Source: Phoronis australis (lineage: Eukaryota; Animalia; Phoronida). From it: a stretch of 64,000 nt of DNA. This document shows, piece by piece, positions 27,601 to 40,205 of the stretch (the first letter of the stretch is position 1; the number at the start of each line of letters is the position of its first letter). Location of the stretch: the NCBI GenBank assembly GCA_002633005.1, contig NMRA01000032.1, positions 62,001-126,000 of the forward strand, in the 5' to 3' direction. The notes under the pieces were generated by a model, which ran no database searches, was not told the origin of the DNA, and worked only from the letters and a program-made list of their open reading frames with translations. Both the position numbers and the translations under genes were made by a program.

Positions 27601-30600
27601 GAGCTCGACGCGATAAGGTTGGTGCCCACTGCGGCTGGCAGGAACATGCACGAGTTGACAGTCTCACCGTGACCTCTGAACTCGCATACAGGCTGTGTGG
27701 TTCTCAGATCCCATAACTGCAAAGTTGTTTTCAATTACTGTTATAAAGTCATGATAAATAAACGAGCAAAAATTAGAATGCAACGACAAGATTCTACATT
27801 GTTCATCCGCACACAATGAATGGAAGTATTAGTTGCGCTTAAAACTGGATGTTTCAGTAAAATTGGCCAACAATTTGGAAAACAGCAATGAAGCTTCATT
27901 GCTTACTCATTGCTCAGAGAGATTTGGTAGGTAGGTCGATATGATTAATGAATATGCTCTGTACGTTTCATGATCTTGATTTCTGCGAACTGAGCTGTGC
28001 CACCATGTGGAACATTTTTTGAGTAAGATCAGAAGCAAGTTTGGTATAAATGCTCGAGAACACACTCAGTCAGTACAACATTAACACATTGGCTATCAAA
28101 GCCACTCTGATACACAAGGCAGTAAGAGCCATTGTGGCTAAGATTACATGTTACAGCATATTAAACTTGACACAACATACTCACAGTCAGTTCACAGCCT
28201 TGTCCACCAAACCCATTACTACATGTAAGGCAATAAACACCGTCACGACTCAGGTCACAGCAAGTCTGTATGTACTGCTTTCTCGGGAAGCTTTGAACAA
28301 CTTTCAGACTTCTTGCATCCCATATTCTGTAAAATTCAGATGACAATCACATTGCATTGAGTCACTTATTAGACCTGAAAGATATCACTTAACACGTTCT
28401 ACACAGACCCCGACCTCCTGACAAAGATATCACTTAACACGTTCTACACAGACCCCGACCTCACGACAAAGATATCACTTAACATGTTCTACACAGACCC
28501 CAACCTCACGACAAAGATATCACTTAACATGTTCTACACAGACACCGACCTCACGACAAAGTCTTACAACTCATTTCCAATTCTTTTCAGTTCATGCCTC
28601 CCACCATCGTTCTCACACAACTGACCCTAATTGACCCACCATGACATTATTCAGTTGATATCTTTTTGAAGATATCAAAGTACAATGGATTTTATACCCT
28701 ATGTAATACAAAGGGTCACATGGACATAATGTATATCATTAATTACTGTACATCAGGGCCCAGTTGCATAAAAGTTATGCGCCGTATAGCAAAAATGACG
28801 TCGCATTATCACGCGTCACGTTGTTATTGTGGAACAATGCACTTGACGTCATGCAACAATCTAACTTATCCAGCGCATAACTTTTGAAGCTTTATGCAAC
28901 TCAGCCCAGATATAAAAACTCCATGACATAGATTTAAGGTTATGTGGGACCCTAGAAGAATGCTCAAATTTGGCAAATTTAAGAGCTATATCTTAGAAAT
29001 AGTTGATTGGATTCATTTGAAACATTCAGATACTATGCTTTTTGTATAGCTCACCAAAATTTAATAGAAATTCTTTTAAAATGATTCGCTTTTTCATGAG
29101 GGGCTATCAAAAATAAGACTTGTGATTTTTCAAAAAACAGTCAGAAAGATGCATGAACTCTTGAAAACAACATAATCTAGAAAACTGTAACAGCGTTGTT
29201 GAGATTTAATCATTGAATTTGGCCACACTATTGATACCATCATTTTGCTACCGTACATGACAAATTAACATCAAAATGGTACAAAACCAAAAATCAAATT
29301 CTACATGCTTTCTACTTTCAGATACATTAACTGAAAAGTTAAAATAGTTTTGTAGGTATTCACCTGAATACACACACTTGTCAATAAGGCCCTAAAATCC
29401 TTAACATGAATATTGTATAATAATTGGTATAAATTTGAAAATGAATTCAAGGTAAATTGAGACAAAACTTACCTAACCTCTTTATCTTCACTGGTCTGAG
29501 CAATGATGTCAGAAGTAGCTGACCATTTGACATGAGTGACCTGCAGAAAAACCAGAAAAAATGCTAAACACCTGACGACAGCTACCTGCAGAAAAGCCCA
29601 CATAGCACATAGCACCTAGCTAAGTGTGGCATCCAATACAACTTAACTTATACCAAAAAATAATCAGACAACACATTTCATAAACATCCGTCAAGGAACT
29701 TTAGAGGAAAAGAGAAGAAAAAAAATGAAATTCCCACTAGAGGGCAGTTGCGAATGCTAATTAAAGTGACTAGCAATTACTTGACTTCTGAAAAATATCA
29801 ACGGTTTCACCTGCCGACCAGAAGAGTTGACAGAGAAATCAGGCTCATTTCAACAGAATACTGCAATTATGTGCCGTCATCTTACAAAGTTCTTTTAAGA
29901 TATTTATTACTAGAAATTATGATAACATCTCAGAATATTTCTTCAGTTGTAACAATGAAACACAGCCAAGTGAAAAGTTGATGGCTTCATCACCTTTGAC
30001 ACACCATATAACTTACTGTTACAAATTAATATGAAAACTCACAAGATTTCTCGATATGAATTCCTTCATCACAACCCTGCCAGTTTCAACATCCCACACT
30101 ATCATGTAGTTGTCACGCGATCCAGTGCAAAGCAGACTGTTTTCTGAAAAATAATAAATTGCCAATGCACGGTTTTGTATGGAGTTGTCCACTACGTAGA
30201 ATGTTATAAATTAATTGTCACTGGTGCAGTGTTCACCCACAGATGGGGTTTTGCGTCATGGAAATCAATCAACAAATCTGATTAAAATGCACACTGAGTT
30301 CATGGATGCCATTTTGATAAGCTGTGGTTATTACATCCCTTTATTTCTTGTCTATAATTATAGTAGATTTGCCATATTTTCCACCATTTTCCGTACACTG
30401 TGCTATTTTACATTCCTCTTTGAAGAGACAGAAAAATACATTGTATGATCAACCTCATTTTTGAAAAATAACGGACACTAAAAACACACTTCTGAGCCGA
30501 GATGGACAAGAGAAGATCAATACATAGCACTACACACAGCTTTAAAAGACATAGCTCTTTCAGTCACCACCAAACTCATCAGGCACAGTACAACTTTGCT

Positions 30601-33600
30601 GGAATAAGACTTAAAAATAACAAACCCACTACGATTCAAAATTAGCAATTAGCACCTAAGAATCGTGTAGTGGTATTTCAGGTGGTGGCTATTGAACCAT
30701 TTTTCAGATACAGTACACCGTACTCTTTCCTACCAGGGTTAACGGAGAGGCCCATCACGACCAGCTCGTGTTCCTCAAATATCTGCTGACAATCATGATT
30801 GGTTAAACTCCACATCCTGGCAGTCTTGTCCCGCGATGCACTGAAAACGGACGATATGTGCAAGCCGTGGCATACCTGAAATATAGTTAGTGTCAGCATG
30901 CTAAATGAGGATACAAGGAAAATTGTGGTCTTGAGTAAATCGGAAAGAAGGCGGTGTGACCTAGAGGGGAGGTTGCTGCCTCCAAGTCTAAAGATCTAAG
31001 CAAGGAGTGTACGAGTATAGTGAACTCTCCTATACTACTACACTCCTTGATCTAAGATTGCTTTGTCCATGCCTTGCTTTATATGGGGCACTTTTCAATC
31101 AAATGTGTAACACAAATGTAACATGTGCTGATTGCGTATAGTTGTAAACTTACTTGGGGTGAACCCGAAATCCATTTAAAAAATAATTTAAGATTTAAAA
31201 AATTGATACATCCGGCTCCAAATAGTTTTTATTGAGACAATTTGAGATCAGAAGTGATTTCTGGGACTTGGAAAAACTAGCAATTTGACCAGGCTCAATA
31301 TAAGTTAGCTTGACCAGGCTCAATTAAAGTAAGCTTGACCAGGCTCAATATAAGTTAGCTTGACCGGGCAGGTATTTTATGCAAAGAACATGTGACCTAA
31401 ACGAATGGTCAACTGTTTGTCTGTTATCAGGTTCAGAAATCACTTATAATTTGACTTTTACAACAGAAAGTGGTCTCAATCAAAATTATAATAGCAACAG
31501 TACAATAATTACAATAGCCATGGTCATCATTAGCTCAGCCTACAATAATGATATACTTGGTGTAACAGTCAGTTTCCAACATCTCGACAAAATCAAGCTG
31601 TAACAGTTAGCCATGATTGTACATGCATGAGTCAGTCAATATGTGACCAGTGAAACAGATCGTACAAACACGACAAGTATGCCAACTACATCTATACAAC
31701 ACTGATGGAAGAAAGTAACAGTTTCACTTGGCATAGCGGATTGTTTCTACCTTCCATTTAACTGGTCACATAGTAAGCGACTCAGGCGTGTACATTTGGG
31801 CTAACTGTTAAAGCTTGAGTCTATCACGTCTGAAATGAGATGTTGTAAATAGATGCTCCAACTATACCGGCATTTACACGAGAGACAACTGACATAGTGC
31901 AGCTAACATGGTACAGCTGCTCCACTGCAAGTGTGTGTACAAACACGACTGACACGAAGCGAGTGACAACACGGCAACCAGTTTTTGACACCGGTTTGAC
32001 AGGTAGAGTGAGTTACATTCAATCAGTTGCTCCAGTGTCAACTAAACGTCTAAACACAACTGGGGCAGGGCGGAAATGGATCATCTTTCAATGCGCTTGC
32101 ACAATAGCGTGTATTTGGGTGATCAGCTGGCATTCTGCATGGTTTGGACATTTGCTATTGTTTATGCGAGCATGCGCAACCAGTCTTCATGTAAGAGACT
32201 CATGCTGGTCCAGTTTGCGACCTCATGTATTGTATATGCAACTGAAGCGGAGCAAGTCGTGCCGTGACCAATGACACAGTGACAAAGTCGTCTCTCGAGT
32301 AAAAGCGGCTTATTTATTTATTATTGTGATATTTAAAATGAGGGTGGCCTCTTCATTGATAGCACTGCTTTCCAAGAGGGCCCTTATATCACTCCGTTTT
32401 TACTGTAGGGGGAGCTAATGATGGACAAGGGAACAATAATTGTACTTACTGTCGCTATGGAAATTTTTATTGAGACCACTCCACCTCTTCAACACTTATG
32501 GAAGAAACTAAGTTTCACAATTTCAAAGTGAATTATTCCAAAGAGCTCCCACCTTAGTAATTTCTTTTGAATGACCTGTCCATCTATTAGTGACTTTCCC
32601 AGACGTGAAGTCTGTCAATAGTAAGCACTGAAAGACAAGCAGATGATTATATCAACATAACTTACTTGGAATGCAGTAAGGCCATGTATGGATGACAAGT
32701 CTCTGCATTGAACCAAACGTCTACAATCTTAACAATTGAACTTAGGTCAGTAAAAGTAAGCATATTTTCTGAAAGTAGCGAGACTCAATATTTTTTCCAG
32801 TTTCTACTAATCTTGGACTGGGCACACGATCTCGTCTTTTTGTACAATTTAGCAAAAATAAAAGGTACATTCAAAGCATAAGAAAGTAACAGGACATGAC
32901 CAATTTAATTTTACATAAATTTCAAATTTCAAAATTGAGCTAATATATTTTTTCCAATTTATTTATTATATGTTCTCAGTTATGCAACTTTTGATTTTTT
33001 CTTAACTCTAACAAAAGTCCTATTTTAGATCGCCTCTCGTGCAAAAGTGGAACATTTTAAAACTATTCCTAACAGCCATTTAGAAAACACTGCACATTGC
33101 CTGAAACTTTCATACTATGAATTTAATCATCCCTCCTGAGATATAATGTTCCATAGTTTCATTTTTTCGTAAAATATGGGGAGGACGTTTTTTCCACGTT
33201 CAAGTTCTGTAACAACAGGCCGATTTAAGATTGACATAAGCATAATGTTCAGAAGCAATTGAAAAAATGAAAAAGGTACTCTAGTAATTCTTTTGGCAAT
33301 GTCGGTTCCAAATTGATGAGATTACTATTGTATTCTGTACCTGACACCTGGCCATGAACGGCAACAGGTAGGAAGAATACAAGGGCACATGATGACCTAG
33401 GAATTTGTTGAGCTGCTGTGGCAATGTGTTAGTGGGTGGGACCAAGTGGAAGAGTGCTGATACAAGTCAGGGGAATTGTCTAGAAAAATTTATCAAACAA
33501 GCAATATCAGAACATTTATAGGGAAGTTGATGGACGGCTCTAGGCAGCTGATGAATGTTATCACAGCAGGATGTCATCCCGTTTGTCACCTGTTTTGGCA

Positions 33601-35072
33601 AAATAACTGACATCAACTGATATAGATTGCTTGCATTAGGGGGCAATTATAGACAGTGACCACTGGCATGTAGGACGCTTCATACGCTGGAAGTTTTTCG
33701 CCAAATTATGCTTTGCACTGACTAAAACATCAAAGTCACATTGTATGACATCATATCCCCTGGCGCGCGCAGTGTTAAAAATGGTGAGTTACCGATTTTG
33801 GGAACTGGGCGAGGGACTGCTCGAAGAAAAAAATTGATAATGGGAGTATTTGTTCGAGTTGAAAGGAATTAAATATATTGACGGCCTCCTAAGGTGTCCC
33901 TCTATGCGCAAAGGTGTTAACAACGTAACATTGATGTTTTAGTCAGTGCGAGGCATAATTTGCTGAAAATCTTCCGGCATATGAAGTGCCTATAGGAGCT
34001 TCGCAGTCTCTACTACGGAGCCAGTAGAGACTGTTGTCACTGTCTATGGCATTTATTGCAAGGAGATATCAAAAGGTGGTGCTCACAAACATACCTGGTC
34101 TTTGCTTCCTGACAACAGCATGTTGGGTGGAACAGCATTAAGACTAGTAACGGCCTCTGTGTGCACAGTCTGGAACTGACGGATTGTGGTGGGCTGGGAT
34201 GAATTCTGGTTCACATTGGTGCCATAATGACTAAGAAAGAAATGCCATGTCAAGTTTTGTGGTCACTAATAACAACACTTTTCAAAATAAACTATTCAAT
34301 ATAGACTCTAACTTTGGCAAACTCCTTGGCAGACTTATTTGGTCGAATTTAGGCATTAAAAGTCAAATGGTTGTGGTAACTGTCTTAGTATATATTTAGT
34401 GGGCGTGTCTTCCATCTAGTCTAGTTGTTAGAGACCTCGTGGTCAGTTCGGGTCTGGCTGTTGGCCAGAACGCATGTGTACTCATGGTGGCGCTAATAAA
34501 TATATACATATATATAGTAAATGTGATCGTTTTCAGTTGGTATATTCAGTCATCACAATGGTAGGGACGTGACAAAAAAATTCAATGGTTTTGTGCCTAG
34601 CCATTAACTGGCTTACTCCAAAGGTTGACCATGATGTGTATCAAATATCTAAATATTTACACAAGATGCACATGCATGGCGATGTGGTCAAACATGGCAG
34701 CCCACAAATTCGTTAAAGACAGTACTGTAGTGGGATTCTCGACAAATCAAAAAAGCCACCTGTCCACGTTTGGTATGCAACCAACCAGAGAGATTTGCTG
34801 CGATCTATGTGTCATACACGGAACTAGAAATTGGCAACAATCTTCTCAACCGTACAGAGTAGAGCATCACCGGGAGTCCCGGAGAGTGGAGACAGATCGC
34901 ATAGGCCTACACGGCTACAGTGCCAGTTGGCTGACAGAAACTGAGAAAGCGCCCGAGCTCGAGCCGAGGCGTGTTGCCTAGTTCTGTAACAGAGTATACT
35001 GGTCAACCACTATTTAAAACCTTACCTGTGTCGACTGTTCTTTGACTTAGGCTTGCTGAGTAGTTTCCCCAT
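24675..35072 (-). CDS. WDR31: WD repeat-containing protein 31, complete; 10 coding exons, 343 aa
   Basis: Phase-consistent GT-AG exons, 5' to 3': 35072-35026, 34230-34095, 32627-32553, 30875-30734, 30143-30043, 29540-29473, 28326-28185, 27716-27560, 25691-25622, 24768-24675 (TGA); 1032 nt in total. Translation MGKLLSK...LLSGSKDQ...WTGHSKEITKV...FSASRDK...LCTGSRDN...ISRNLVTHVKW...QTSEDKEVRIWDAR...CSNGFGGQGCELTLWDLR...GSGPITS...LCAGTFNEGIHVL matches the WDR31 WD40 pattern. Confidence 0.93.
25398..25480. repeat. Short imperfect inverted repeat (hairpin or MITE remnant)
   Basis: gaaaacatatcttaagtctggtcagc pairs with gctgaccaaacttagaaatgtttcc. Confidence 0.55.
28381..28560. repeat. Minisatellite, 4 x 45 bp, in a WDR31 intron
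   Basis: Unit gatatcacttaacacgttctacacagaccccgacctcacgacaaa starts at 28381, 28426, 28471 and 28516. Confidence 0.95.
28757..28906. mobile_element. MITE with 3-bp CAG TSD (PIF/Harbinger-like)
   Basis: TIRs ggcccagttgcataaa / tttatgcaactcagcc, inner inverted pair aaaagttatgcg / cgcataactttt, and CAG on both flanks. Confidence 0.65.
31001..31049. mobile_element. 49-bp hairpin micro-element with 7-bp TSD
   Basis: caaggagtgta...tacactccttg (perfect 11-bp TIR, plus inner agtatag/ctatact), flanked by atctaag at 30994-31000 and 31050-31056. Confidence 0.75.
31285..31366. repeat. Tandem repeat, about 3 x 25 bp
   Basis: Unit ttgaccaggctcaatataagttagc repeated. Confidence 0.9.
33671..33992. mobile_element. 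Non-autonomous TIR element with imperfect TIRs of about 60 bp
   Basis: taggacgcttcatacgctggaag...gcactgactaaaacatcaa is mirrored by ttgatgttttagtcagtgc...cttccggcatatgaagtgccta. Confidence 0.7.
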
Positions 35073-35159
35073 TACTGCACTCTTTCCGAATACAAGGGAC
35101 GTGCATAAGTTGAGCAAATTCAACAAAAATTGTCACTGACGAAACCAAACACTCACCGG

Positions 35160-35195
35160 TAATGCGGAAGTAAACACGATTTCAGAGCATGCGCC
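35160..35195. promoter_or_regulatory. Putative WDR31 promoter motifs (ETS-type CGGAAGT, NRF1-type GCATGCGC)
   Basis: cggaagt at 35165-35171 and gcatgcgc at 35187-35194, about 100 bp upstream of the WDR31 ATG. Confidence 0.4.
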
Positions 35196-37253
35196 GTGGA
35201 ATTGTTGTGACAGGCTCGCGGCTCACTGCTCACGGCTCACGGCTCATGGCCCACTTGCCGCGTAAGACTAAGATGAGAGAGAGTGGGGTTGGGAGAAGGA
35301 GAGGGAGAGGGAGAGAGATAGATACTGGGGAGAGGGAGGGGGGCAGGGCAGGGGGAGAGAGATCATGGAGTTAAAATGTTACAAGACATAAGATACACAG
35401 GAGACAGATGAATCAGTAGTCAACTTATCAAGTAGGTCTACCACCCTAAAAAATAATAAAGAAATAACTAGTACAAGGCATGGCTACTAGTACCATCAAC
35501 AATGTGTATTTCTATGTATCTTATAAATGTGTACATGCACAGAGCATAAAGGAGTATAAATCGCTATCCATTGGATACAGGTTACCGGTGCAGCGTCCGG
35601 AACAAAACCGTCACTGAGTCGAACAAAGATCAGAGGCCGGGAGACTAATTTATGAATGTATTTGGCACTACTCGGGAAAAACATACGTTATATAATATAC
35701 TATGGAGGTAGAAGTTTAAAAATACGCGAATATAAAAAAGTGTATATTTATAGGAGACAGTAATGCTGAGAAAAAAAGCTATAAGAATAGGTTATTGTGC
35801 GGTATCAGTCATAACAGCGCTGACATCTGATGATTTATTTATGATGGATATCTGTTCAAAGTAACTGGGGCAGAAGATGTAATTTCACAGAAGTAAACAC
35901 ATGCACTTTCTTTTGTCTTGTGGCTAGTTTCATGAACAACAGGGACTATTTATTTGAGTTAAGAATAGAGCAAGGTCGGCAAAGCGTAAGTCAGTCACTG
36001 AAAAGTAACTCCGAAGATCCACATAGGCGATCTCCGTCACTGAGTCTCCCCGTCAAGTTAAAAGTTGTACTTTCATGACACGATCCTCCGATCAGTGCTT
36101 TCAATCAAAATGTTCGAGGATTTATATGCACGTACCTGCTTGAAACTTGTTTTTCGAAGAGCCAGCGTCTCTCAAAAGGTTTAACTTGAAATACTGAAAG
36201 TTCGGGAATGTGACTTATAGCTTTAGGCCTACTAATTGCGTCGCCGGCATTTGCATTTTCAGACTTTTATTTACAGCCACTCAGATTTTGCTGCTCGACT
36301 GTCGATGACTTTGAATATATTAGTGCAGTAGTTTTTGTTCTCATTGACTCTCGGACTAGTTCACTAACTAGTTTTACTTGATGTCGGATTATGAACCTTC
36401 GGCTTTTGTAGGGACTTTTCAACTGAAGTCAATTATTTCGTTTGTCGGATTATGGGACTTCTGACTTGTGACCATTCAGAATGAAGTATGGAGATGTACC
36501 CTATTTATTCTAATGCACTACTTTGCGGGCACGCAAAAAAGTAGTAATTAGATTGCCTTCTTAATTTTAGTCTTCAGTTGCTAATTTTCATCTTCCAGCT
36601 TCTTCGTAGGCCTACTTTTGGTTGTCAGTGGGTCGCAGCGTATCGTCGCGGTATACGTATGGCGTGTCAAAAGACAAAAAAACGTGCATTAGTAAAAATT
36701 ACAAACAATCGACAACATGGAGATTGTTTTCAATGTGCTACTCGGTGACAAACTCAAAAATTCCTCTACCTACCTCGGCAGTGACTGAGCTGGTTGCGGC
36801 ATCTGCAGGAGGAATTTTATTAACCCCATTCAGCATGCATTTTGTGAACTTGGACGCCTGTCATTTGAGTTCATTCATGCTGTCTTTCTTAGTATGTTAG
36901 TGCATCTGTTGATTTTAAATAGCGTTGGTGTCAACACGAATGTGTCGTCAAGATAAGTAAGAAACGTCAAGTCCAAGCGAATGATCCTACATCTGATGGA
37001 TGAATGTAGGCCGATGGGTAGAACTATAAATTGAAATGCACCTGCGCGGCGTCAACACGACCCAGAGTACAACTAAACAGTCATTTTATTGCTTTATATA
37101 TAGCTAGTACTTTCCTAAAGCCTATTCCACTGATCAATCATCCCAAAACGAGTTTTTCGACTGTAAAAATGTACGCTACTATATGTTCTGAGAACGTCCA
37201 ACTAAACTGTAATGTTGATGAGACGGATGGCCAACGAACTCTGGAACTAACTA

Positions 37254-37663
37254 CCGGAATTTTCAGTAGATAAGCCCACCCGATGAAAATTAGGCCTAAT
37301 AAGCGCCCATGGGCATTTAACTGGTGTTACAACTTCTAGTGTCAAATGTCCTGATAGAGGGGCGTTTATTTAGATAAAAACTCTTAAAAGCCCACTAATC
37401 ATCAACTTCTTGTTACAAATTCAACTTTGTGGAACATTTATTATTTATAAAAACGAACAAGGTGTTGGTGCACTATGCATATATTAACATAAAATTTAAA
37501 AGCACGGTTTTAACTAAATAAAAATGTCAAAGTCGGTAAAACTGTGAGTTCCCGTTTACACGCCCCTTTTCCCAATAAGCGACCTGGCGTTTAAATGGTG
37601 TTACTAAAACGCCTAAAATTTTTCATTTTCCAAATACATGGGCTTATCTACGGAAAATCCCGC
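37254..37663. mobile_element. Tc1/mariner-superfamily-like (pogo/Tc2-type) MITE
   Basis: TIRs ccggaattttcagtagataagccca / tgggcttatctacggaaaatcccgc, with TA on both flanks. Confidence 0.7.
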
Positions 37664-38058
37664 TAACGGACAGTTTTGTTTAAAAACTACAGTGAGAAAG
37701 TACATGTGCTATAACAATATCATTGTGTTTCTTTGGTAAATACGTTCATACAATACTAAACATTAATGTTTTACCCTTGTCAAGAAAGTTGAAACACATA
37801 TGTATCTATACACTGCACAGCTATCGTCAGCACTATATCAGTGATTTGTCATTTACACAGACGTCTTACATCTGAAGGGTCACGGCCGCTAATTACGCGC
37901 AACGGTAAGCCTCAGTAAATCGAGCGTTCCTAGCAGGGCCATCAAAGTAATAACAATTTTACCTGTCAAAGTGTAAAAATGCCTTTTGAAAAACTATACA
38001 GTTTTATGGTTTTAAATGAGTGCAAAAATACACAAATACGTCAAAATTTGGTCTTCAG

Positions 38059-38472
38059 TGCCTGGTTGCATGAAACAGTCCCAAATAAGGACTCAACAAA
38101 GTTCCCCAAATCTTTTGCCTATTTGTTTCGTTCTTTATATTTTTCTATCATTTTATCTTTATTATAAGGTCCACTATGACTAATGACATTTTCTAGTAAC
38201 ATAACTAAAAACCGAGCCTTGAACTGAATCATAATAATTAGGGACTTAGTCATTAAATTAGGGACGTTGCATGAAAAGATCTCTATATATTTTTATTAAT
38301 TTTAAGAATTCAGCGTAGGGTTAACTCTCGATTTGTATCAAAGTCAAAAATCGACTTGGTAAAGAGACTAAAACAGGACAGTCAGTGTTTTCACAAACCC
38401 ACAAATACGCACGAGATTTCGGGAACTTAGTTGAGTCCCTATTTGGGACTGTTCCAACCATGCAACCGAGTA
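38059..38472. mobile_element. MITE with TIRs of about 50 bp and CAG TSD (PIF/Harbinger-like)
   Basis: tgcctggttgcatgaaacagtcccaaataaggactcaacaaagttccccaaatc is mirrored at about 38414-38472; CAG at 38056-38058 and 38473-38475. Confidence 0.75.
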
Positions 38473-39362
38473 CAGATGCTTGACTTATTTACATGTACAA
38501 TACACAGCCACTGAATTTTTAGACTGATCATCCGGGCTGTCTCCGGTCTGGCTAGGCGTGACCGTAACTGGAGACAGACCGGAGCATCAGGCGTTAATCT
38601 ACCGTGACAACTGGCGTGAGGGTAAGGGTGACTGCGCCAGGAGCTTACCGTGAGTTAGGCGTTCACGAACAAAGCGTCAGCGAGCCGTGACAGAGACATT
38701 AGCCAGGCGTGAATTTCCCTGCCTTCAGTACAGTCAGGAGGAATCTTAATTGCAATCCTCACTCGTTTAGCTAGGACGCTATTTAACAAGCGCGTTCGCA
38801 CCATGCCCACAATAACGAAGGGAGGAGTGACTAGCAAGTCTTGAAAGAAACAAAATCCTTCTTGAATTCGATTGGGTGATTCGGTCTACGTCCCGTTACC
38901 AGGCCAAGGACTGACGAACGCCACCGGCAAGGTCCAAAATCGTGCAAATTCGAAACCCTCCCCCCAGTGTACAACTGCATCCGGGGAAACCGATTCAAAA
39001 ACCTCGTCTGTTAGTACGAACTGTGAAATGTGTACAGGCTTACTTCAGGCCTATTCGTGAAGAGTGAACGTCCGGGAACGCGCAGGAAAGACAAACAGGA
39101 ATCCGTTGGATTTTGCTTCATCAGTATTTCACGGCTTGACATGTACTGTTATTGAACAGTACTCAATAATTTACGTTTGTCTCGGCACATTACCAAAAGG
39201 GTTTATTGGGACTAAATTGTTCGTCATAGGTCCATTCAAGTGACAGCATGCAACTTAAGAATACATTTGCTACAAAAAAGTATTGTCGATCAGTACTTCA
39301 CAAGAGTAACTAGATGAACACTGTATGCTTAATGAAGCTACGAACAATAAGCGCAGATAATC

Positions 39363-39629
39363 CATGCGCGCACCCAGGTAGGGGAGGGCTCGAGGAGCTC
39401 GAACAAGCCCCTTCATTTGGCGAAGTGGACAAAAAGGTTCAGCTCAGGGAAACAAAAAGTCCGAGAAAACGAATCAAAAGTCCACTACAAAGGCAGGAAT
39501 TCGTTGCAAATTCACAATTCACACCTCTGGACTCGGTATTCCGTTTAGCACCCTTTTTTCAGTAAAAGATCCACAGTCTCAAAATTTCGAGCCCCCCCCC
39601 CCCAATGTTTTAAGCTGGGTGCGCGCATG
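39363..39629. mobile_element. MITE with perfect 15-bp TIR and 5-bp TSD (hAT5-like)
   Basis: catgcgcgcacccag / ctgggtgcgcgcatg, flanked by taatc on both sides. Confidence 0.85.
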
Positions 39630-40205
39630 TAATCTACAAGTACATGTAAGTGCATGCAGAAAAGAGTAATGATAATGCTGTTGAATTAATGGCTGCAGCT
39701 GCAACTAATATTAACAAGTAAAGGTAATACTTGTAGTAACTATCAAAGTATAAACTTTATTGCAAAAAGACACACATGTACACTGTTTGCGAGATGAATA
39801 AGTGCAAATATTGTTTAAGAACAAATTCTGCGCGTTGATTAATCAATTGTACGCGTTGCATAACAACAATTTATCACGCAGTAAATTAGTCTAAGAACCC
39901 TTTGGCGCTTCACATGCTGAACTGTGACTGTTTTCTCACAGTCGACGTAAGGCGTTGCAGCTTTGAAGTCATAATACATTTATGTCCGTTTATTTCATAA
40001 GCCATTTGACCTTGAAATGACCAGAGTAGTGCAAACGTGTTCCGAAAACTGTTTCAACCACTAATTAACAAATGGATTGGTCTCTATAAATTTGTTCTGA
40101 ATCAAAGTCCGTCCTCAGAACTATTCCAACATGTACCACTTACACATGTCCCTAAGCATCAGATCAACAAAATGGATGCCGTTGAAATTTAAGAGCACCA
40201 AGTGA

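Noticed and set aside
28381-28560. 45-bp repeat array as a possible CRISPR
   Set aside because: The units are head-to-tail with no unique spacers, there are no cas genes, and the context is a eukaryotic intron.
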